This document shows, piece after piece, positions 35,210-51,700 of a stretch of DNA of 64,000 bases. Below the pieces are notes generated by a model that saw only the letters and a program-made list of their open reading frames with translations, did not search any database and was not told the origin of the DNA. The stretch is from Macrostomum hystrix (Eukaryota; Animalia; Platyhelminthes). The stretch's first letter is position 1; every line of letters starts with the position of its first letter. Both the position numbers and the translations under genes were made by a program. Where the stretch lies: contig CATNEN010000031.1 of the NCBI GenBank assembly GCA_950097015.1, positions 3,472,001 through 3,536,000 of the forward strand, written 5' to 3'.

Positions 35210-36613
35210 CTATTTGTTATTGTAGGAAGCGTGGCGCTGATTCAGAGGATTCTCCGGCGACTTCTCCCAGCTCTTGTGCACCAGCTGCTTCAATTGGCTG
35301 AGCCGCATACCGGGCAGCTCCCGCTTTAGTCTGGCCAATTCGCGCTCTTCAAACGCCGAGTAGGCGGCGCGCATCCGCTTCTCCGGGTGCCGGTCGGATT
35401 CGGCGTCCCCGCCGAGCACCTGCAGAGCTTCGTCAACTGTGCGCGCCTGTTCGCCGTCGATTTCTAATCGATTAATGTTCTCTTCGAGTTCGGGCTGTTC
35501 AACCACCGGCTTGGCCCAGGATCCGCCGGTTGCGGCCGCCGCCTCACGCCTGGCCTCGATCTCGGCTCTGGTGACCTTCTCCGGCACCTCCTGCCTAGGC
35601 ACAGCCGATTCCATCTCCTGATCGTGCAGGGCGCGCAGTTCCGCTTTGCGCTCAGAGCGCTCGTGAAACTTCAAACGGACGGAGATATAGAACAGTTTAT
35701 GGATTTGAGTATTGGGTGATTAGTATGGGTAATGTACAGATATTTTCCGTACCGTACGGAAAGTACAGGTGAATTGGGGGTAATGTAAGGCTAGTGAGTA
35801 CAGGAGGGCGAGTGGCAGAGCGGTTAACGCGTTTGCTTCTCGCGCCAAGGTTCCTGAGCTCGATCCTGAGCCGTTGAGGGCCAACCTACTAGGCACATGA
35901 TAGTCAGGGCAGATGTACACCGTTTTGTGAGCGTATGCCTGCGTACGGTGTCTGTGTGCGCGTGTTTTCAGGAGTCAGCGAAATGGGCAGAATTGCCCCT
36001 TGTTTAGTCTACAACAGAGCTTAGTCCAGTGGTAAGAGATTAGACTTCCGATCAAGTGTTCGAATCTCGATCAGGACAAGAGACACAATAATGTATATTA
36101 TAGTTGACTACTTGAGCACTATACACTCAGTTCACTAGTGCTTCATCCAGCTGCGAAATGGATTCCAGCTTCAGATGGGGTATACATTGTTGGCGGCGTC
36201 TCAAACTGGCTTTGGAAGCGCACCTGGAGTAGGTGTTATTTAACATTTTCCTATATTATTTTGTACACTAGGAATGCACTGAACAAACAAGTCTCTTTCG
36301 TTTGAAATGTTCGAAATATAATTGTCTTTTTAAACATAAGACTTAAGGCGGGACTATAAAAAGAACAGAAATGATTGAACTTAATGAAGGCCATAGATAG
36401 AATCGATAAACAAAGGTTAAAACACAAATTGCTCACCTTGGCCTCCTTCTCGGCCTTGCGCATCTGCTTTCTGATGGCATGCTTATCCTCATCGCGCCAT
36501 TTTTCGTCCTCCTCAGCTTCAGCTTTCTTCTGGCGCTCCTCAGCCTTCTGCGACTCCTTGCGGGCGCGGGCGACGGCCGCTTTGGAATTTTCGCCTTGAA
36601 ATTTCTTTGGCAT
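35210..36613 (-). CDS. CCDC124: Coiled-coil domain-containing protein 124 (Lso2 family)
   Basis: Exons 36613-36437 and 35668-35210 (phase 0). Encodes MPKKFQGENSKAAVARARK, DRHPEKRMRAAYSAFEE and LSQLKQLVHKSWEKSPENPLNQ. Confidence 0.95.
35805..35997 (+). mobile_element. tRNA-derived SINE-like element, copy 1 (in the CCDC124 intron)
   Basis: A-box-like TGGCAGAGCGG, B-box-like GAGCTCGATCC, and a shared tail GTCAGGGCAGATGTACAC...TCAGGAGTCAGCGAAATGGGCAGAATTGCC. Confidence 0.65.
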
Positions 36614-36825
36614 CAAATTAGTGCTACTGAGCCGCCCGGGTAGGCTTGGAGTATGAGAACACTCAACAGAGATTTAAATCAACTCTGCAATAATCTCGGA
36701 GCAGAGACTCAACTGAAATTCAGTCCAAGCAGTGGTAATAAATAAAGCATCATAAATTTTATTTATATACTCTTCGGGTGCTTACTGCGAAGCTCTACTC
36801 AATCTTTTCTATTGAAACCAGGCCA

Positions 36826-37027
36826 GGGGGTTCAGTGGTGGAGCGCTTTACGCGTGTGCCACTCGCATCAAGGTTCTTGAGCTCGAATCCGCGGCGAGGT
36901 CACACTCATTCGACGAGCAGTTAACGCCAACTAGGCCAACCCCAATTGTACAGTGATTATGGCTAAGTTACAGTCAGTGCAGACGTACACCCATGTGTTC
37001 AGGAGTCAGCGGAATGGTGAGAATCGA
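36826..37027 (+). mobile_element. tRNA-derived SINE-like element, copy 2
   Basis: TGGTGGAGCG / GAGCTCGAATCC head and the same tail (TCAGGAGTCAGCGGAATGG). Confidence 0.6.
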
Positions 37028-37069
37028 CTCTCGCTGGCTGCGTGTCTACTGCAACCAAACGATACATCA

Positions 37070-37358
37070 GGGGGGTCGGTGGCGGAGCGGTTAACGCGTT
37101 TGCCTCTCGCACCATGGTCCTTGAGTTCGATTCGACGGCGAGGCCACATTTATTTGGGGCGCAGCCGCGGAGAGAAGGCTTTGGGGGCTTGACGTGCAAT
37201 TTACGCCCTTGAGGGGCCAACCTCCAAGTCACAGTGAAGTGTACACTGCCTGACGATGAGAAAGTCAGGGCAGATGTACACACCTGTATGAGTGTGTGCC
37301 TGCGTACAGTATCTGTGCGTGTGTGTGCTCAGGAGTCAGCGAAATTGGCAGAATTGCC
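37070..37358 (+). mobile_element. tRNA-derived SINE-like element, copy 3 (longest)
   Basis: TGGCGGAGCGG A-box, GAGTTCGATTC B-box and the same tail as 35805-35997. Confidence 0.68.
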
Positions 37359-38094
37359 TAGTGTCACCAGATGATGTGCCATTGCCCACAGCCCTCCTGC
37401 AAATATGCATAATCACTACAATACTTAATACACAGTATCTAAAGGCAAACTAACAGACTTAAAAGATTTCTAGCAAATGAAATGGCTAGTCAAGTCGAAC
37501 TGACTGAAGTCATTTTGGTTAAATTATTAGAGCTACAATATATAGAGAAGGTGGCCAAAAAAGAGCAATAAAAATTATTGATTACTTGTGATTGACAAGA
37601 CAGGACAGACAGGCTTTTAGGTCACCGAGAGCGGCATGACGGCAACAGTCTATATGCGTGAGACACCAAGACAATGGTAAGTGTAACCGTGGGGAAATGC
37701 TTTAAAACATGCGACTCATTTTTTATAATTTACACAAGCCAGGCGTCAGCAGACACCGATAATTGCAAGGTATGCAAACTGTAGAAGCTGCCGAAATAGG
37801 AAACAATGCACTAGTTAGGTAATGAGCTAATGAGATAGTTAAAAAACTAGTTATACTCGTATTGACAGGGATAGCATACGAAAATATGTTTGGCTATGAG
37901 ACGCACATAATAAGATTCTACTCGTATAATATATGTTAGAACAAAAGCGTGAGAATACTAATAGGGCCAAAAAATTACAAAAGGGCCAAGAATGGTAAAA
38001 TTGCGAAACACTGGGTTTCAAATGGACAAAAAAGTTAAGTTGTTTTAACATTTTAACATAGAAAAATAGAAGAAAAAATATGTATAATATCTGT

Positions 38095-38225
38095 CCCTAA
38101 CCAATCAGAACCACCATATGATTAAATCTCAGAGCCCAGCCAATCAGAACCACCCTACACTCAAATCTTAGAGCCCAGCCAATCAGAACCGCGCTACGAA
38201 CAAATCTCAATGCTTAACCAATTTG
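38095..38225. repeat. 39-bp tandem repeat carrying four phased CCAAT boxes
   Basis: CCAAT at 38101, 38140, 38179 and 38218; unit AGAGCCCAGCCAATCAGAACC...CAAATCT. Confidence 0.8.
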
Positions 38226-38405
38226 TATAGTGAAACAATGATTATAGATAAGTACAAAATAAACGACAAATATGGAACGATCATCATTTACAGCGATCCT
38301 TAAAAGCAACCATAAGAATGTATAAACAGGAATAATAATTAAAGAACCAGGGTGAGACAGAAGGGTAGAAGACAAAGGAAGGCCTGATAAGAAGAGGAGT
38401 GAGTG

Positions 38406-40460
38406 TCACTCATTGGCGGCGGCAGCCAGGCTGGGATCCAGTGCAGCTCCGGACCAATGCATTTGAGCCTGCATCAGGGCTTCCTGAATCTCCTTGACAC
38501 AGCGGACCCGATTTAGCCAGCGCTGCAGCTCCTCAACAGGCAGTCCGGCTGGGCTTTCAGCGCCTTCAGCGGCGGCTCGATACCAGATGGTGTCATCCGG
38601 GTTGGCGTTCCTGTTATTGCATAATGAGAAAAAAATAATTTTATTTCTAATCCGAATGGAGCTACGCCACACCGCTAGTGTTTCAGCTACGCCGCCTCAC
38701 GAATAAGAAGAGGTGGCGACTGGAGTTTGATTGAAATATCGCGCAACAAAAGTTGAGCCTGTGTCAGAATGTTTCCTGAATCCATAACTGCGTTACGGCG
38801 CAGCAAAAATTACTAATTGTGAAAAGACTACGATAGAAGCCGACATTTGAATTACTTGCCTATCAGTAGGCAGGTAGAACGGTTCATCCCGGCCAGTTAG
38901 CAGTGGCCGCTTAGCCAAGTAGACTTGAAACAGGCGCACCGGACACTTGGTAGGATCCGCTAGCTCGCCTAATTCGTACGTCATGCCGACAGCGTAGCCG
39001 GACCGAGGTGTGAAGCGCAGGACGGCGCCGGCCACTCCGGCGGCAGAAGGAGCCAAAGCGAACTGGCCTAGGGTGAGTTCGGCGTGCTCCTGGGCCGTGT
39101 GCAGGCCGACATAGCGGGTGAGAATGTAGAACAGGGCGAACAGCAGCGCGTCTGGGCTGTGACAGCTGAGCTGGCGGCACTCCCACAGGTGCTGCTCCTC
39201 GATGCGGCAGACCAGGGTTCCATCGTCGGCCACACGGGCCGCGTAGCGATCCAAGATGACGTCGAGAGCGGCGGAGAAATCAGCGAATGCCGGATCGCAG
39301 AAGATGTTCTCGTCGCGGGCCTGATCAATAGCCAGATGGCCCTGTAGGCCTAGGCACAGATAGTAAACAGAGTCGGCTGCGTACTCTTCTCCACTGGGCT
39401 TGCGAACTTCGCGCACAAAACGGGCCAGAGCATCGGCGAGATTTGTCGCGTCAGTCAGTTCGGCAGGATCAGCTGGAGGGCCGGATCCGCTTTCATCGCT
39501 TGCCGCTGCGGCAGACACAGAGCGGCTCCAGTTTTTCCAGGCAGTCAGGCCGTAGGAGAACTTCAAGCTGAGCTGTTGCTGTTGCTGCTGCGGCTGTAGC
39601 AGTTGATGCGACTGGCTCCTGGCAAGGGCCACTAGAGCCGCCGCGTCCGCCGCTAGTCGGCGCTGAATTGAAGCCAGCGAAGCCAAATCAGCGGCGGCTA
39701 TAGAAGCGGCTTCGATTCCTCTTCCAGCGGCCGAGGCAAGCGAGGCAGCAGCGCCGCTGGCACTAATCGGCTGCGGTCCGGAAGAGCCAATCGGCTGCAG
39801 GGCCAGGTGCGGCGGCTGCTCGGGATCCGGGAACTCTAGCAAGAGAAACACCGGCACAGGTACCGGGATAGGAACAAAGATCGGAATGGGAATAGGATCT
39901 GGCGGCAGCGGCGCCGGTGCGGGAAAGTACAGAGGCAATGGGCAGGGCAGCAGGCCGGCGGCGCCGTCACCGTATAGAGCCGCCTCGGCGTTGACAGCCG
40001 CCTGAACAGCGACGTCGGACTGAGCAGGCTTGGCCTGGAGTTGCCTGCTGACTGGCGCCGGTCTGCATTGCGTAATCTTGTTGCACAATGGCAGCGGCGC
40101 CAGCGGTTGAATCATGGCGTGCTGCTCGATTCCTAGCTGCCTCAGCATCTCAATAGGCACGTTCGGGAAGGTCGTACCCCGATTACTGGCTGTCAAGCGC
40201 TGATTCGATCGCTGCCGCTGTTGCTGCTGCTGTTGTTGGCTTTGCGCCTGAGTACCTTCTGCGTCTGCGCCGTTAACGCTGGCAAGCATTGATTCCTCAG
40301 TGACTTCTGTAATGTCACCGACGACGTGAGTTGCCGCCGAGGCGGCCTCGGCTGCCGCCGCTGCGACTGCGGCTGCTCCAGCAGCAGCCTCGTCCTGCTG
40401 CAGCTGACGCTGTTGCTGCCGAGACGCGAACACGACGCGTATACTGTCCGTTGTTGACAT
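38406..40460 (-). CDS. ZMYM2/3/4-woc family protein (DUF3504, Crypton-derived domain), no MYM zinc fingers visible
   Basis: Exons 40460-38860 and 38610-38406. Encodes NKITQCRP, PIFVPIPVPVPVF, LKFSYGLTAWKNW, LARFVREVRKPSGEEYAADSVYYLCLGLQ, IEEQHLWECRQLSCHSP, PTKCPVRLFQVYLAKRP and FYLPTDRNANPDDTIWY. Confidence 0.88.
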
Positions 40461-41237
40461 TAGCTGATCAGCTGCAGAGGAATGGGCGGTTCCAATTATA
40501 ATCGAAGCATTACTATCCTATGCACTATCCCTGGATACAAAGAAAAACTTGTTTATCGCGGAAATAATTATAAAAAGGCTTTTCTTTTAGTTTCGACTGA
40601 AATTAACAACTACGCAAGTTTTTTATTTTTCGCGTTGGAATTCCGAGTTTATTATTTTCCTTTAAAATAAATTTATTAAATTGTACGAAAAGTTGCCTTT
40701 CTCAGATTAAAGTTGCATAAAACAGCTTACAACAATTGTGGTACCAGTAGTAGTATATAGCGAGTCATGCGAAAAACCGGTCTGAATGCACAATTAATTA
40801 GTTAAAAACTGTACTTGACTGCTGGCCGAAGTATTTGGCCAATTCATCCAATGAGACTAATTGGGTCAACAATGGAGACTAATTGGGCTACTTTAAAAAA
40901 CGCTTGGCATAAAAGTTTCAACAGACATCGATGGGAGATAATTGAAATGTATAAAAATACATGGGCTTTTCAATGCAACGCAACGATACGCAATGAGCAG
41001 ACGCTACTAAAGTATTTTGTATGCTGAAAAGGGAGCTTGGCCATGCAACACTAGCTGCACTGTTGCATCAAATCGTTTGTACTATAATTGCTAGTTAATT
41101 CAGTGCAGTTACACACAATATTATATAAACAGACTGGGCAGGGCATGCTGTGTGTGTTAGCTGAATGCACTTTGTTTAATTATAAAATAAATTTAATGGA
41201 GTTTATAAATAGGATAATGCGAACAAGCGATGCTGCT

Positions 41238-43198
<1,961 letters not shown>

Positions 43199-43621
43199 CT
43201 AGTGCATTAGACATCTTGCTGATACCAGAACCTAAATATAAACTCAGTGTCATTAAAAAACTACAAAAATAGAAAGAAAACAACTTACTAAATAGGCACT
43301 CAGAAGAGCAACAATTCTAAATGTATTTTTTCACATAGTCTATTCTACGATTCGCTTCGATTCAATAACTGCAGCGAGCAAAAAATAAATGGGAAATAAG
43401 AGCGTTACTGGGCGCAATTGATAGCTGCTACTATCGGATCTGTTGGCCATCCGGTGCAAATCTCTTCTAGGACACTCGGGCTGAATAAGGAGCAGATTAT
43501 CATAGTAATTACATAGGTGGACACATTTAAGGCATGCATAGTAAAGTACAGGTTGTACAAAGGACATAAAAACTGTTTAGACTTGCATAAAAAATCTCAG
43601 GAATCATTCTATCTTCAGTGC

Positions 43622-48028
<4,407 letters not shown>

Positions 48029-48763
48029 TTTTTATTTTGATTGATACTTTTAATATAAATTTTAAAAGATGTGAAAGTCAAGGACAAGGAAGATATCAAA
48101 GAAGTGTAAGATACAGTTTAAAATGTCAACGAAGTAATATTTACGAATACACAATTTGAACGTAATAAGCGTAACGCAAGATCTTCAACACTTTAGCTTA
48201 AAAAGTGAGTCAAGTTTAAAAAGCTAATCTTTATTTGAAAAAAATATTTTAAGGCTTTTTGAAAACTAACCGATTTTTGTCATTTTAAACTAAGTATGTT
48301 TATAGCCACTAAGACGTTTGAATTTCGCAAAAGATGCTTGCTGATCAAAAGACCTTTACATTTTTTATTAATAAAAATGTTAACGAACTTAGTCTCGGTT
48401 TGGAAAATAATCTTGGCTTTAAAGTTGTCGTTGTGACATGATGAGTTAACGTGATGTGAATATACTATTCAAGATTTTAGGTTAGAAATTCACCGTTCCT
48501 CTTAACTTATGAATGTCTGCTTAGAATTTTAAAGTTCTCCGTGAATCTGAATAATCTGTTGTATTTTTCAAGCTATAATGTTTTTTGAAATAGTAATATA
48601 TATTATTTTGTAGATTATTTCCTTTTCTTACAATTTTACATTCGGTATATTAGATTCGATAGATTTGGTATATCGATTGCTCCCTGCTTAGTCTCACGCT
48701 GGCGTAACATTCAGGAGCAAAAATTATTAGTTTAAACAAAAAGGTCTAGCCATAAAATTTAAA
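48029..48763. promoter_or_regulatory. Putative bidirectional promoter between PSMC3 and AP3M
   Basis: Divergent ATGs at 48028 (-) and 48764 (+) are 735 bp apart. CpG is locally retained (about 19 in 48125-48710) relative to both flanks. Confidence 0.7.
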
Positions 48764-51700
48764 ATGATTCACAGCATTTTTGTAATTAACAACTCTGGGT
48801 AAGTTTTTTTTATAGTTATTATTCTTTTTAGCTAAGTTGTCATTACCTACATGGCTACAAGAGCCTCTAAAGGTATTTCTCATCTTAGAAGTACAAAGAA
48901 AGTGTAAGGCCTGGTTCAGTTTTTACTAATTTGCTACTTTCAATTTTTAACACTTTCTTATACAATTTTCTGATGTAAACTATTACTGTAAGTTGAATTT
49001 GTGTTGGCTATTCTGCTTAAGTATTGCATTGTTCTTTATAGCTACACTAGCTTCAATCACAAGGTAGACAAATAAATATTTTTATCTATATGAGACCTTC
49101 TTATTCTGTGAATTGATTTTTGCTTAGAATCAATGTCATAACTATTTTAGAGTCAAAACTTTAGCAACAATCAGCAAATCATTTCCACAGAGTGTAATTT
49201 AATGCCTCTATTTTTGGAAAATACCTAAAATACACCTCAAAAGTTTACTTTCTTCTCTAAAATGGTATAAGCTATCTCCTAGTTAGCAAATCAGGCTTAT
49301 TTTACCTTTTTGGCAGACTTCCACATAAGATGTAAATTTTTTATAGCTAGAAAAATTTCCCACAAGGAGGGTAGGCAGAATTTTGATCAGTGCATAAATT
49401 TCCATTTCGTTGTTCTTCTTTGGTATGTTAAGTTGTTCAAATAATTTTAAATCCTATGACCTGATTATATATTTTTTGCTGAAGATCAGATCCTGAATAA
49501 TACCTTTATGGATATTTATTTGTTTCTTTCTTTAGTGACATTTTCTTGGAGAAGCACTACAAGCGTGTCATTCCAAAATCTATATGTGACTATTTCTTTG
49601 AAGAAGTTACAAAGGTGAGTCCTTAATTTACATTGAAATACATTTTTGTGAATTCGTAAAAGACATGTGACATATATGTTATATATATAACATTTGGATA
49701 TTTTTTGATTGCTTAGCCTTTTGTTAAGCAACTCTTTAAGACTTAAAGATTTTACTGTCTATCTATTTTCAGACATCCACGCCGGAGAATGTTCCACCGG
49801 TGATTCAGACGCCAAATCACATACTGATTAGCATCTTTCGGGCCCAGGTGCACTTTGTTGCCGTCTGCAAAAGCGAAGTGCCGCCACTTTTTGTAATTGA
49901 ATTTCTTCACCGCCTGGCCGATATAATTAAAGACTACTTCGATGAGGTTTCTGAGTCGACTATAAAGGACAATGTCGTTATTGTCTATGAGGTGAGAGAA
50001 TTGAAGAGGTCTATAAATTAGGAGCTTGGCTACATGTGAGCTCCAAGCCACGCAGCTTGTGGGAAGCATGTCCGTGAACTTGGCCATGACCGTGAACTTG
50101 ACGCCACCCCTCCTTGACTATTTGAGGTCTGCAAGTAGCGTGTTATTACCATTATTGCGGTTCGATTTCGTTAGAGCCTGACTGTTATATTCGCATCCAT
50201 AGCTAGAAGTTCAAAAGAGAAAGTGAAGCCTAACCTACCGTAGTTACCTGGGAGTCAGTGATAGCCTAACCTGCCGTAGTTACCTGGGAGTCAGTGATAG
50301 CCTAACCTGCCGTAGTTACCTGGGAGTCAGTGAATGCCTAACCTAACGTAGTTACCTGGGAGTCAGTGACTGCCTAACCTAACGTAGTTACCTGGGAGTC
50401 AGTGAATGCCTAACCTAACGTAGTTACCTGGGAGTCAGTGATAGCCTAACCTGCCGTAGTTACCTGGGAGTCAGTGACTGCCTAACCTACCGCAGTTACC
50501 TGGGAGTCAGTGACTGCCTAACCTACCGCAGTTACCTGGGAGTCAGTGACTGCCTAACCTGCCGTAGTTACCTGGGAGTCAGTGATAGCCTAACCTGCCG
50601 TAGTTACCTGGGAGTCAGTGACTGCCTAACCTACCGTAGTTACCTGGGAGTCAGTGACTGCCTAACCTAACCTAGTAACCAGGGAGTCAGTGACTGCCTA
50701 TCCTACCGCAGTTACCTGGGAGTCAGTAATAGCCTAAACTACCGCAGTTACCTAAGAGTCAGTGACTGCCTAACCTGCCGTAGTTACCTGGGAGTCAGTG
50801 ACTGCCTAACCTAGCGTAGTTACTTGGACGACCCTGACACTAAGAGTGCCGATAGTATTTTATTTTGTGATAACGTGCTAACCGCCCAGTCACTCTGATT
50901 TACATCTAAACCATTGAAAAGCTCCTAGACGAAGTGCTAGACAATGGATTCCCGCTAGCCACCGAGCCCAACATCCTCAAGGAGCTGATTCGGCCGCCCA
51001 ACCTGCTTCGCAGCCTGGCTGACACAATGTCCGGCCGCAACTCCACAGTGTCAGTTACCCTACCAACCGGCCAGCTATCCAACATACCCTGGCGTCGCAG
51101 TGGCGTCAAGTACGCCAACAATGAAGCCTACTTTGACATTGTTGAAGAGCTGGACGCTATAATTGACAGGTCTGGCGGCACAGTTTCCGCCGAGGTGCAC
51201 GGCAGCATTGACTGTCTAATTAAGCTGTCCGGAGTGCCAGATCTAACTCTCAGCTTTGTGAATTCTCGCCTCATCGAGGATGCCAGCCTGCATCCGTGCG
51301 TGCGGCACAGTCGCTTCGAAGCTGAACGCTTATTGAGTTTTGTGCCGCCAGACGGTAGCTTCCGGCTGATGGGCTATAGGGCTAGTTGCCATGGCAACCT
51401 GCCAGTGCCAATCGATTTGCGCCATTCGATCAGCTTTAAACAGACCGGTGAGTAAATATTTTGCATAAGTTATAGATTAGGTATGTTGTTGCCAGTGGTG
51501 GAATCACGACTTGAAGGTCGGCGGTTCGATTCCCGACTCCTATGGTACAATTTGTTTCCTTCATCAAAATTGAGGGTGTGTGTGGCGTCCGATCAGTCCA
51601 TGGACTGAAAAGCCGTACGCAGGCTTGGCTGCGCCGCGCAAGGGCTGCAGTGCTGCCGGCTGCCCGGTTGAGGCAGATGTAATCAATTATTTTTTTAGTA

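Noticed and set aside
36020-36080. tRNA-like sequence (TAGTCCAGTGGTAAG...GTTCGAATCTC), with similar scraps near 51495 and 19220
   Set aside because: A/B-box remnants without a complete cloverleaf; probably decayed SINE heads rather than tRNA genes.
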